Assembly: GCA_046292385.1 (NCBI GenBank)
Contig: JBKBRF010000005.1
Span: 103,744-167,743 of the forward strand
Direction: 5' to 3'
DNA: 64,000 bases
Source of the DNA: Armatimonadota bacterium
Lineage (GTDB): Bacteria; Armatimonadota; SYMT01
Below are positions 17,645 through 26,666 of this stretch, in pieces. The number at the start of each line of letters is the position of its first letter. Positions within the stretch are counted from its first letter, which is position 1. The notes under the pieces are model-generated. The model was not told the DNA's origin and ran no database searches. It was given only the letters and a program-made list of their open reading frames with translations. Both the position numbers and the translations under genes were made by a program.

Positions 17645-18928
17645 ATGAAACGCAAGGCAATTCTTACCGCCTTTATGGCGACCGTGATCGCGGGGTCGTT
17701 CCTGGCCGGCATCTTCGAACCGGAGCTGCGCGCCCAGAGCGGCCTGCCCGCGAGCATCTTCAGCCTGAAGCCGGGCAGCGAGCAGAAGGAGCTCGACCCG
17801 GTTAATACCTATAGCAAGGTCCTCCAGCTCGTGAACGAGCGCTTCTACGGCGAGACGCCCGGCGCGAAGGAGATGACCTACTACGCCATCCGCGGGATGC
17901 TGAACTCGCTGGATGACCCGTACACGCGCTTCCTCGACCCGGAAGAGTACCGGGAGCTCCGGGAAGACAACCTGGGCGAGTTCGAAGGGATCGGCGCGAC
18001 GCTGGGCGGCACGCCGACGAAGGAAGGCTACGTCCGCGTGGTGCGCCCCATCCCCGGCGGCCCGGCGGACAAGGCCGGCCTGAAGAAGGGCGACCTGATC
18101 ACGAAGGTCGACGGCAAGTCCGTCCAGGGCATGAGCGTCAACCAGGCGGTCAAGATCATCCGCGGCAAGTCGCGCTCCATCGTGCGCCTCACCGTGAAGC
18201 GCTCCGGCGTGGACAAGCCGCTCGACATCTCGATCGAGCGCGCCCCGGTGGAATACCCGATCGTGGAGTACGTGATGAAGGAAGGGAACATCGGCTACGT
18301 CTCCCTCTCCCAGTTCAACGAGCTCTCCGATCAGAAGATGACCCAGGCGATCCAGGATCTGGAAGCGAAGGGCATGAAGGGCCTGATCCTCGACCTCCGC
18401 GGCAACCCCGGCGGGCTTCTGGATGCGGCGATCGACATCTCCAGCCGTTTCGTGGAGCCGGGCAAGGGCGTGGTCTACATCGTCGAGTCGGGCGAGCGCC
18501 CCGACCTGCGCCGGACCAACGCGCGGAAGCACCTGAGCCGCGACTGGCCGCTGGTGGTGCTGGTGAACCGCACCAGCGCTTCCGCCTCGGAGATCGTGGC
18601 GGGCGCCGTGAAGGACAATCAGGCCGGCACCGTGATGGGCACCACCACCTTCGGGAAGGGCCTGGTCCAGACCGTGATGCCGCTCGAGGGCAACAGCGCG
18701 GCGATGATCACCACGCACAAGTACCTCACGCCGTCCGGTAAGGACATCAACCGCGGACGCGACCAGCGGGGCGGCGTGCACCCCGACATCGAGGTCGACG
18801 TGACCGAGGAAGACTGGCTGAAGGGCAAGGATCCGCAGCTCACCCGGGCGCTGGAGTTCCTGCACCAGAAGGTCGGTTACAAGGCCCCGGCCAAGCCGCA
18901 GGCGGGAGCCGCCAGCGCGAAGCCGTAG
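17645..18928 (+). CDS. ctpA: Carboxyl-terminal processing protease (S41A)
   Basis: LDDPYT, PDZ, ILDLRGNPGG, TSASASEIV and TFGKG. Confidence 0.93.
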   Translation: MKRKAILTAFMATVIAGSFLAGIFEPELRAQSGLPASIFSLKPGSEQKELDPVNTYSKVLQLVNERFYGETPGAKEMTYYAIRGMLNSLDDPYTRFLDPEEYRELREDNLGEFEGIGATLGGTPTKEGYVRVVRPIPGGPADKAGLKKGDLITKVDGKSVQGMSVNQAVKIIRGKSRSIVRLTVKRSGVDKPLDISIERAPVEYPIVEYVMKEGNIGYVSLSQFNELSDQKMTQAIQDLEAKGMKGLILDLRGNPGGLLDAAIDISSRFVEPGKGVVYIVESGERPDLRRTNARKHLSRDWPLVVLVNRTSASASEIVAGAVKDNQAGTVMGTTTFGKGLVQTVMPLEGNSAAMITTHKYLTPSGKDINRGRDQRGGVHPDIEVDVTEEDWLKGKDPQLTRALEFLHQKVGYKAPAKPQAGAASAKP

Positions 18929-19022
18929 CGGACTGCGGTAACGGCTTCGGCCGGCCCGTCCGATAATCAGAGAGGGACCGCCCACCGGTGGTCCCTCTCT
19001 TTTCGTCTGTCGCTGCCGCAGT

Positions 19023-20057
19023 ATGCCCCCCAAGACGTCCCGTCCACGGAAGCCGACCGCCTCTCCCAGCCGCTCCGGCTCTCGTCCCGCCTCCCGTCCT
19101 CCCGGGAGCTCCGGGGGCGGCATCGGCGGCACCCTGGCCCTCGGCCTCGCCGTCGCCGTTCTCGGGAGCACCGCCGGCGTGCTCGCCCAGCGCTGGGTCT
19201 CCCCCAGCCCGGCGGTGAAGAAGGCGGGCGGCCCCGTAGAGCGCTCCCGCACTGCCTCTCGCGAGACGCGCCGGGCCGCGGCCGAGCGGCCGGCGGTGGG
19301 GCGCCGCACCGAACCCAATCCGAAGCCGGCGGAGAAGCCGGCCGAGCCGGAAGCCAAAACACCGGAGGCTCAGCAACCGGAGAGCCCGGCGGAAGCTCCC
19401 GCCCGTAAGGAAGAGGCTTCCCTCCTCCCCGCCGCGGCGCCGACCGAGTACCCCGCGATGGAGATCGAGCGCGGCGCGGGAGCGCGGCCGGAGGTGGCAC
19501 TGACCTTCGACGCCGGGGCCGACTGGAAGCCGGCGAAGCAGATCCTGGATACCCTGGCGGCCGAAGGGGTGAAGACGACTTTCTTCCTCACGGGAGAGTG
19601 GGTGCGCCAGAACCCGAAGACTTCGCAGCGAATTGCCGACGAAGGTCATGAGATCGGAAACCACTCCTGGGACCATCCGGCGTTCACCAAGCTGACCGAG
19701 GAGCAGATCCGGGACCAGCTTGCCCGCACGGAGACGCAGATCCAGCAGGCAACCGGCCGCACTAGCCGGCCCTACTTCCGCCCGCCGCTCGGCGCGCGGG
19801 ACCGGCGGGTGCTGCGGGAAGTGGGCAAGTCCGGCTACCTCTCGATCTATTGGACCCTCGACTCGCGCGACTCGGTCGACCGTGGTATCACCGCGGCACA
19901 GATCCGCGACCGGGTGCTGGGCAAGATCGGACCCGGCAGCATCGTGCTGCTCCACTGCGGCAGCCAGGCCTCCGCGGACGCCCTGCCGGAGATCCTGCGG
20001 GGACTAAGAGAGCGCGGCCTGAAGCCGGTGACGGTGGGGCGGCTGCTGGCCGATTGA
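19023..20057 (+). CDS. Membrane-anchored polysaccharide/peptidoglycan deacetylase (CE4)
   Basis: ALTFDAG, HEIGNHSWDH, FRPP, LDSRD and IVLLH motifs, with an N-terminal TM and Pro-rich linker. Confidence 0.9.
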   Translation: MPPKTSRPRKPTASPSRSGSRPASRPPGSSGGGIGGTLALGLAVAVLGSTAGVLAQRWVSPSPAVKKAGGPVERSRTASRETRRAAAERPAVGRRTEPNPKPAEKPAEPEAKTPEAQQPESPAEAPARKEEASLLPAAAPTEYPAMEIERGAGARPEVALTFDAGADWKPAKQILDTLAAEGVKTTFFLTGEWVRQNPKTSQRIADEGHEIGNHSWDHPAFTKLTEEQIRDQLARTETQIQQATGRTSRPYFRPPLGARDRRVLREVGKSGYLSIYWTLDSRDSVDRGITAAQIRDRVLGKIGPGSIVLLHCGSQASADALPEILRGLRERGLKPVTVGRLLAD

Positions 20058-20131
20058 ACTAAGTGGGAGAGCCTTCGGGGACGGAGAGACAGAGCGACCG
20101 AGGGACGGGGAGAACTGCCGGAGACCAGAAG

Positions 20132-21142
20132 ATGTGGGAGCCAACTGCGGATAATGAAGTGCAGTCTCTGCGCCGGCGCCTCTGGATCGAGCGCGGGGTG
20201 TTTGCCACGGTGATCGTGGCGGGCGCGCTGGCCGTCTGGAGACCCTCGCTGCCGGCGCTGCCCGGGCTGCAGCCGCAGAAGTGGGCGGTCTACGTGGGCG
20301 ACAAGCCGGTCGCTGCCCTCGCTACCCGGGAGGCGGCGCAGGCGGCGCTGGAGCAGGCGAAGCGGTCTGAGGACCCGACCGGCGCCGCCAGCTTCGCGGA
20401 GCCGGTCAAGGTGGCGCCGCTCGGGAAAGCCGACCTGCCGGTGCTCGCCGGCGATGCCGCCGCCGATAAGCTGGCCGAGGCGGTGAAGCTGACCGCCGAG
20501 CGCGGCGTCGTCTACATCGACGGGATGGCCGTCGTCGCGCTTCCGACCGAGCGGGAAGCGCACGAGGTGCTGGAAGCGATCAAGCAGGGCTTCGCCGGCA
20601 AGCTCCAGGGGGTAGACGCCGCCCCGACCTTCAAGGAGCAGGTGGAGGTCCGCACCGAGCCCGCCACGGACGACCTCTGGGCCGACAAAGAGACCGCGCT
20701 CGGGCTCCTGCGCGGCGAAGGTGCGGAAGAGGAAGGCTCCTACAAGGTGGTGAGCGGCGACAGCGGCTGGATTGTCGCCAGGAAGCACGACATGTCGCTG
20801 GACCAGCTCCAGAAGCGCAATCCCGGCGTGCGGCTCGACCGCCTGAGCGTGGGCCAGACCCTGCGCGTCGGAGAGACGGCGGAGCCGATCCTCACCGTGG
20901 TGACCGAAGGCCGCGTCCAGCGCACCGTCTCCTCGTCCTTCTCCATCCGGATCCAGCGCTCCCCGAAGATGTACGTCGGCAAGCGCATGCTGGTGCAGCC
21001 GGGCCGACCCGGCCGAGACCGCGTGACCTACAAGGTCCGCTGCGAGAACGGCCGCGTGGTTCACGAGGAGCCGCTCAAGCGGGAGACGCTGGCGCCCCCG
21101 TCGCACCAGGTCGTCGTCCTCGGCGCCAAGCCCCGGCGCTGA
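20132..21142 (+). CDS. Membrane-anchored LysM + G5 domain protein
   Basis: LysM YKVVSGDSGWIVARKH..LQKRNP..LSVGQTL and a G5-like C-terminus (VQPGRPG..ENG..VVVLG). The ORF-track start at 20063 lies in a repeat arm. Confidence 0.85.
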   Translation: MWEPTADNEVQSLRRRLWIERGVFATVIVAGALAVWRPSLPALPGLQPQKWAVYVGDKPVAALATREAAQAALEQAKRSEDPTGAASFAEPVKVAPLGKADLPVLAGDAAADKLAEAVKLTAERGVVYIDGMAVVALPTEREAHEVLEAIKQGFAGKLQGVDAAPTFKEQVEVRTEPATDDLWADKETALGLLRGEGAEEEGSYKVVSGDSGWIVARKHDMSLDQLQKRNPGVRLDRLSVGQTLRVGETAEPILTVVTEGRVQRTVSSSFSIRIQRSPKMYVGKRMLVQPGRPGRDRVTYKVRCENGRVVHEEPLKRETLAPPSHQVVVLGAKPRR

Positions 21143-21433
21143 CTAGCGCGCCGAACGATCGCGAAGTCGCGAAGCTCGGGAAGGACGCGAAGGGAACCTG
21201 AAGGGACCAGCGAACGCGCTTCGGGTCCCTGGGTTCCAGCCCCGAAGGCTTTTCGGGGCTGCGCTCCTGGTAGCGCCGAGTTTACTCGCGCGCGGGCTGG
21301 CGATCGACGCTGTTTCAGGGCATCCAGCCCGGCCGCCGCGGCCACCTGGTCGCAAGCGCGTACGCGGAAAGCCCCGCTGGTGAGGCGGGGCTGCGATCCG
21401 ATGCCGTCCACCGCAGGGGCGGTGGCGTGAGCG

Positions 21434-21796
21434 TTAGTTCAGCACCTTCTCCCGGACCAGGTAGGCCGGAGACGGGCTCGTCTCTCGCGGGAGATCGTCA
21501 AGATCGCTGATGCCGCCTTCCGCGGCGGCCCGCGCGGCGCCGCTCAGCACCGTGGCCAGGCCGACGGCCAGCAGCTCCGCCACCACTTCGTCCTGGTCCA
21601 GGCCCCGCGACTCCTCCAGGATGGCGCTGGCGACCTGGAACTGCACCGCACCCTCGTCCTGCAGCCGGAAACGCGCGTCGATGTCCAGCGCGAGGCTCTG
21701 TCCGTGCCGCTCTCGTTCCCGGGCGGACTCCATGATGTCTTCTACCCGGCGCATGATCCGCTGCGCCGCCGCCTCCGCGTACTCCGATCTGAACAT
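21434..21796 (-). CDS. Hypothetical protein (120 aa)
   Basis: GGAGG RBS, coding-like GC3 bias, no recognised family. Confidence 0.65.
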   Translation of the reverse strand: MFRSEYAEAAAQRIMRRVEDIMESARERERHGQSLALDIDARFRLQDEGAVQFQVASAILEESRGLDQDEVVAELLAVGLATVLSGAARAAAEGGISDLDDLPRETSPSPAYLVREKVLN

Positions 21797-21920
21797 CTCG
21801 CGCCTCCTCCGGCTCGCCTCCCCCTACCGGCCCGCATTCCCGGAGCGCACGCCGGGTACGGTGCTTATCCCCAGATGCGGGAAAGGCCAACCCCGTCCCG
21901 ATCCGGCGGGGGGCGCCCGA

Positions 21921-23303
21921 TCAGTAGAGGCGGAGGAGCGGCTCTCCGCTCGAGAGGGGGAAGGGGCGGGAGAGGCGGTCGGTGATCTCTAGGTGACGGT
22001 CGATGCCGAGCGCGTGGTAGATGGTGGCGGTCAGGTCGGCGGGGCTCACCGGATCGCTGGCAGGGTAGGCGGCGGTCTCGTCGGAGCTGCCGAGCACCTG
22101 GCCCCCCTGGACGCCCGCGCCGGCGAGGAGGGCGCAGCCGCAGTGGCCCCAGTGGTCGCGCCCGCCGGCCGGGTTGATCTTCGGCGTGCGGCCGAACTCC
22201 CCGACCCACACCACGAGCGTCTCGTCCAGCAGGCCGCGATCGTGCAGGTCCCGGAAGAGCTGCGCGTGCGGCTGGTCGGTCTGGGGCATTAGCCGGTCCT
22301 TCAACTCTTTGAAGTTGTTGGCGTGGGTGTCCCAGGTGGTGTCGATGTCCGGCCGCTCCCGGTGCCAGTAGACGCAGATGAACGGCACCCCGGCCTCCAC
22401 CAGGCGGCGCGCCACCAGCACCGCCTGGCCGTGCCGGTGCATGCCGTACGCCTCCCTCACCTTCGGCGGCTCCGCGGTCACGTCGAAGGCGCGCCGCGTG
22501 GCTGGAGAGGTGAGCATGTCGAGCGCGCGCTCGTAGAAGACGTCCTGGCCCTGTCCCGGCAGGCTTTCCGCAAGGTGCTTCGCGCCCGCCGCCTCGAGCA
22601 GGGCGCGGCGGCGGAGCAGGCGGCGAGGATCGACGTCGCCCGGCAGCGCGATGTCCGGCACGCGGAAGCCGGGGCTGCTGAAGTCGCCGTCGATGCGGAA
22701 CGGGTCGTATCTCGGCCCCATGAAGCCGCCGGTCTGCCCGGGGAAGTCGGGCGCGCCGCCGGTGATGTACGCCTTTTCCGGCAGCGCGACGAACGGCGGG
22801 ACCGGATTCTCCGGACGGCGGAACCGGCTCACCACGGCGCCGACGTGGGGGAAGTCGTCCGGGCCGGGGTCGCGCCGCTCGCCCGGATTCGGGTGCCGGT
22901 GACCGGTCAGCACTTCGTAGGCGCTGGTGCTGTGGTCGATGCCCGGGTGACTGAGCGACCGGACGATCGCGTAGCGGTCTGCCACCTGCGCGAGCCGCGG
23001 ATAATGCTCGGAGATCCGGATGCCCGAGACGTTCGTCTCGATCGGCTTGAACTCGCCGCGCACCTCCGCCGGGGCGTCGGGCTTCAGGTCGAAGGTGTCC
23101 TGGTGCGGGGGACCGCCGGTCATGAAGAGCATGATCACGGAGCGGGCGCGGCCGAACCCATTCGACTTCCCCGCCGCCGCGGAAGCAGCGCGCAGGCGCA
23201 GCAATTCCGGCAGCGAGAGCCCCAGGGCTCCGATCCCGCCCCTCTGCAGCAGCCGCCGGCGGGAATACCCGCTCCGTCCGTTTCCACCATCCATCCGGTT
23301 CAT
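21921..23303 (-). CDS. DUF1501 domain protein with Tat-like leader
   Basis: SRRRLL, GGPPHQDTFDLKP, ARRLVEAGV, WDTH and GEFGRTP..GRDHW. Confidence 0.93.
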   Translation of the reverse strand: MNRMDGGNGRSGYSRRRLLQRGGIGALGLSLPELLRLRAASAAAGKSNGFGRARSVIMLFMTGGPPHQDTFDLKPDAPAEVRGEFKPIETNVSGIRISEHYPRLAQVADRYAIVRSLSHPGIDHSTSAYEVLTGHRHPNPGERRDPGPDDFPHVGAVVSRFRRPENPVPPFVALPEKAYITGGAPDFPGQTGGFMGPRYDPFRIDGDFSSPGFRVPDIALPGDVDPRRLLRRRALLEAAGAKHLAESLPGQGQDVFYERALDMLTSPATRRAFDVTAEPPKVREAYGMHRHGQAVLVARRLVEAGVPFICVYWHRERPDIDTTWDTHANNFKELKDRLMPQTDQPHAQLFRDLHDRGLLDETLVVWVGEFGRTPKINPAGGRDHWGHCGCALLAGAGVQGGQVLGSSDETAAYPASDPVSPADLTATIYHALGIDRHLEITDRLSRPFPLSSGEPLLRLY

Positions 23304-23380
23304 CTTTCAGGTGAGAGTACGGGGAGAGAGAACGGTTTCACGACGGTCCGCGGCGGGGTGGTTCCTGCTGGCGGGCTTCC

Positions 23381-23409
23381 TTGCCCGGCGGCAGCTTGAT
23401 CGGTATACT
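23381..23409 (+). promoter_or_regulatory. Candidate sigma70 promoter for the secreted metalloprotease
   Basis: TTGCCC-N17-TATACT, ending about 40 nt upstream of ATG 23451. Confidence 0.55.
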
Positions 23410-23450
23410 CTGTTTGACCCGCTCTAATCTTCCGTCTCTCTTTAGACGCC

Positions 23451-25949
23451 ATGACTACTCGCCGCCCGTTCGTCTTTCTCATGTTGTGCCTGGCGCTCTC
23501 CCTCGCCGGGCTCGCGCGAGTCTCCAGTAGTGAGATCTCGGGCACGCCGGAGCACCCCGGCATCCAGCTTCCGTTCCCGGTCCGCGGGGTCGAGGCGATC
23601 CGCGCCCTGGGTCCCCGGCTCGCCGACGTGGCGCTGCACAATCGCATGACGCCCGCGGCGCTGCAGTCCGCCTTCCTCCACAACCAGGACCTCTGGGTGG
23701 ATACTGGCGGGCGGCTCGTCTACTCCTGCCGCACCCCGGCGGAGCTCGCGGCGCGCGGCATCATCCCCCCGGTGCACCGGCTGCTTCCGCGCGGCACCCG
23801 GGAGCCCGCGCCGCCCTTCCCCACCAGCCAGACGTTCCTACTCCACAGCCGGCCCGCTTCGAACAAGAAGATCTACCTCGACGTTGACGGTCACGTGACG
23901 ACCGGCACCGGGTGGAACAACGGGGGCACCGTCAATTCGGTACCGTGGGACCTCGACGGGAGCCCGGCCACCTGGAGCACGGGAGAGCACGAGGCGATCC
24001 AGAAGGTGTGGCAGCGGGTGGCGGAAGACTTCGCCCCGTTCGATATCGACGTAACCACCGAAGATCCCGGAATCGAAGCGCTGCGGCGCCTGAGCGACGA
24101 TGCCTACGGGATCCGGGTCGTGATCTCCCCCACCGACGACTGGTTCGGGGGAGCGGGCGGCGTGGCGTACATCGGCTCGTTCAACTGGGACAGCGACACG
24201 CCGTGCTTCGTTTTTACCGATAACGTCGCGAACTCGGAGAAGTTCGTGGCGGACGCCGCGTCGCATGAAGTCGGCCACTCGCTCGGCCTCCTCCACGACG
24301 GACAGACCGGCGGCGTGGAGTATTACGGCGGGCAGGGCCAGTGGGGGCCGATCATGGGCGCTCCCTACGGCGTGCCGATCACCCACTGGTCGAACGGCGA
24401 TTACCGGAACGCCAACAACCAGGAGAACGACGTGGTGATCTTCGCCAGCTTCGGCGGCGTAGTCGCCGCCGACGAGGCCGGCGACACCCTGGCGACGGCG
24501 GTCACCCTGAACGGAACCAATCCCACGGTAAGCGGAGTGATCAACACCCGGACGGACGTCGACCTCTACCGCTTCACCACCGGGAACGGTCCGGTGAACC
24601 TGGTCGCCACTCCCTGGGTCTTCAGCCCGAACCTCGACATCAAGCTGGAGCTGCTCTCCCAGACCGGCACCGTGCTTGCGTCGGCGGACCCGGCCGGCTT
24701 CAGTGCGTCGATCACCCACACCCTCGGCGCCGGTACGTACTACGTGCGCATCGACGGCGTGGGCGCGGGCGACCCGCTCCAGACCGGGTATTCCGACTAC
24801 GGCAGCCTCGGCGCCTATTACCTGAACCTGAGCCTGCAGACCGGGACGCTCCCGATCGCGCCGACCAACGTGCAGGCGCGCGCCACCTCCAGCACCACGA
24901 TCGACCTCACCTGGTTCGACAACGCGCACAACGAGGCGGCGTACGAAGTCGAGCGGAAGACGGCCAACACGGGATTCACCCGGATCGCCACCGTAGCGAG
25001 CAACGCCACGAGCTTCCAGGACGACACCGTCTCCAGCGGGATCACCTACACTTACCGCCTGCGCGCGACCAACGCTGCGGGTCCCTCGGAGTACTCCAAC
25101 ACGCCCTCGGCGACGCCGCCGTTCTCACCGCCCGGCACGCCGATCCTCGTTGCCGTCACCCTGAACGGCTTCACCGACCTCGACATCTCCTGGGTGGCGG
25201 GCGTCGGCAGCATCGACAGATTCGAGCTGCAGCACCGCGAGGGCGCCACCGGCGAGTTCTCGCTGCTGGCGGAGCTTTCGCCGCAGACCGTCACCTACAA
25301 GCACCAGGGTCTGGCGCCGAACAGCCTGCATACCTACCGGGTGCGGGCCACCGGCCCCGGCGGGACTTCGGACTGGTCGACCACGCTCGAGGGGCGGATG
25401 CCGCCGTCGACGCCGACCAACCTGGTCGCCACCGGCTCCGGCGGAAAGATCAAGCTCACCTGGAGCCACGAAGGAGGCGTCGGGTTCAAAGTCGAGCGGA
25501 AGATCGAGAGTGCGCCGTGGGTGGAGATCGCGCAGATCCACAGCGGCGCGCTGGAGTACACCGACTCCAGCCTGCTCACCGGCGTCACCGCTTCCTACCG
25601 GGTCCGCGCCTTCACGTCGCTGCACACCTCCAACTACAGCAACGTCGCCACCGCCACCACCTCCGCCGGTACGCTCACCTCGCTGAGCGTACCGAAGAAG
25701 GCGAAGGGCGGCAGCACCGTGAACGGCACGGTCAAGCTCTCCCCGGCGGCGCCGAGCGGCGGCGTGGTGGTGCAGCTCAGCACCAACTCCAAGCTCGTCA
25801 AAGTGCCGAAGACCGTCACCATCCCCTCCGGCAAGACCTCCGCGACTTTCAAGATCAAGACGAAAAAGTCGAAAGGCACCACTACCGTCCTGATCACCGC
25901 CAGCTACGCGGGGACGAGCCGGGAAGCGTCGATGAAGGTCAAGAAGTAG
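23451..25949 (+). CDS. Secreted metzincin-type zinc metalloprotease with PPC and three FN3 domains
   Basis: Signal peptide, HEVGHSLGLLH, Met-turn PIMG, PPC (DVDLYRF..GTYYVRI), FN3 repeats and a basic Ig-like tail. Confidence 0.9.
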   Translation: MTTRRPFVFLMLCLALSLAGLARVSSSEISGTPEHPGIQLPFPVRGVEAIRALGPRLADVALHNRMTPAALQSAFLHNQDLWVDTGGRLVYSCRTPAELAARGIIPPVHRLLPRGTREPAPPFPTSQTFLLHSRPASNKKIYLDVDGHVTTGTGWNNGGTVNSVPWDLDGSPATWSTGEHEAIQKVWQRVAEDFAPFDIDVTTEDPGIEALRRLSDDAYGIRVVISPTDDWFGGAGGVAYIGSFNWDSDTPCFVFTDNVANSEKFVADAASHEVGHSLGLLHDGQTGGVEYYGGQGQWGPIMGAPYGVPITHWSNGDYRNANNQENDVVIFASFGGVVAADEAGDTLATAVTLNGTNPTVSGVINTRTDVDLYRFTTGNGPVNLVATPWVFSPNLDIKLELLSQTGTVLASADPAGFSASITHTLGAGTYYVRIDGVGAGDPLQTGYSDYGSLGAYYLNLSLQTGTLPIAPTNVQARATSSTTIDLTWFDNAHNEAAYEVERKTANTGFTRIATVASNATSFQDDTVSSGITYTYRLRATNAAGPSEYSNTPSATPPFSPPGTPILVAVTLNGFTDLDISWVAGVGSIDRFELQHREGATGEFSLLAELSPQTVTYKHQGLAPNSLHTYRVRATGPGGTSDWSTTLEGRMPPSTPTNLVATGSGGKIKLTWSHEGGVGFKVERKIESAPWVEIAQIHSGALEYTDSSLLTGVTASYRVRAFTSLHTSNYSNVATATTSAGTLTSLSVPKKAKGGSTVNGTVKLSPAAPSGGVVVQLSTNSKLVKVPKTVTIPSGKTSATFKIKTKKSKGTTTVLITASYAGTSREASMKVKK

Positions 25950-25965
25950 CGTTCCGGACCGTGAT

Positions 25966-26263
25966 TCACCACAGAGAACACAGAGGGCACAGAGAGGAAC
26001 CGGAACGGGAATTCACCGCAGAGAGCGCAAAGGGCGCAGAGAGGCGAACCAGAAGGAAGAAACTCCGGGGCCGCTGTACGGAGTTCGTGAAGCGGATCAG
26101 GCCCCTCCCGCTTCTCCTCTGGTTCCCCTCTGCGTCCCCTCTGCGCTCTCCGCGTCCTCTGCGGTGAGTCCGGTTCGGATTGGGGCCGCAGTACGGCTGA
26201 CGTGAAGCGAATCAGTCCCGTCCCCCTGGTTCCTCTCTGTGTCCTCTGTGCGCTCTGTGGTGA
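25966..26263. repeat. Nested pair of 9-mer inverted-arm elements with no cargo gene
   Basis: Outer arms 25966-26001 and 26228-26263 are 33/36 complementary. Inner arms 26013-26041 and 26139-26167 are 24/29. The inner left arm is 27/29 identical to the GxxExxY left arm. Confidence 0.85.
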
Positions 26264-26283
26264 GTCAGGTCCGGAGTAGCCCG

Positions 26284-26487
26284 TCAGGACTTGGTCTCGT
26301 GGAGACCGAGCTGGCTCGCCATCGCCTGGTTCAGGGGCTGGTCGGTGTGGTACTGGTGGTGGTGCTGCGGGCAGGTACACTCCTCACCCCGGGAGCACGG
26401 CTCGCAGCAGTACTCGAAGCCCTGCTTCTCCACCCCCTCCCAGTCGAACTCCATCCCGCACGCCTCGCACAATCGCATCTCGGCCAT
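26284..26487 (-). CDS. Small Cys/His-rich metal-binding protein, metallothionein-like (67 aa)
   Basis: AGGAGG RBS; CEAC..YCCEPC..CTCPQHHHQYH. Confidence 0.75.
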   Translation of the reverse strand: MAEMRLCEACGMEFDWEGVEKQGFEYCCEPCSRGEECTCPQHHHQYHTDQPLNQAMASQLGLHETKS

Positions 26488-26666
26488 CGTCTCTCCTCCT
26501 CTCGGCACGCTCCGCCACCTTCCATCTTCCCGGCGCTCCCGCTCGCTAACCGCGGTTGAAGAGCGGCACAATGCGCTTGCGGTCGGCGCACTCTTTTGGG
26601 TAAGGTACAGGCAAGCTGGCGGGGAGCAGTGCCCCGCCGCGTGCTGCGAGGGGAGCGCTGGCGTTC

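Noticed and set aside
21237..21261. CAGCCCCGAAGGCTTTTCGGGGCTG as a fifth micro-insertion
   Set aside because: It resembles the 7354 unit, but no empty site or restored host structure could be shown. It may be an ordinary terminator-like hairpin.
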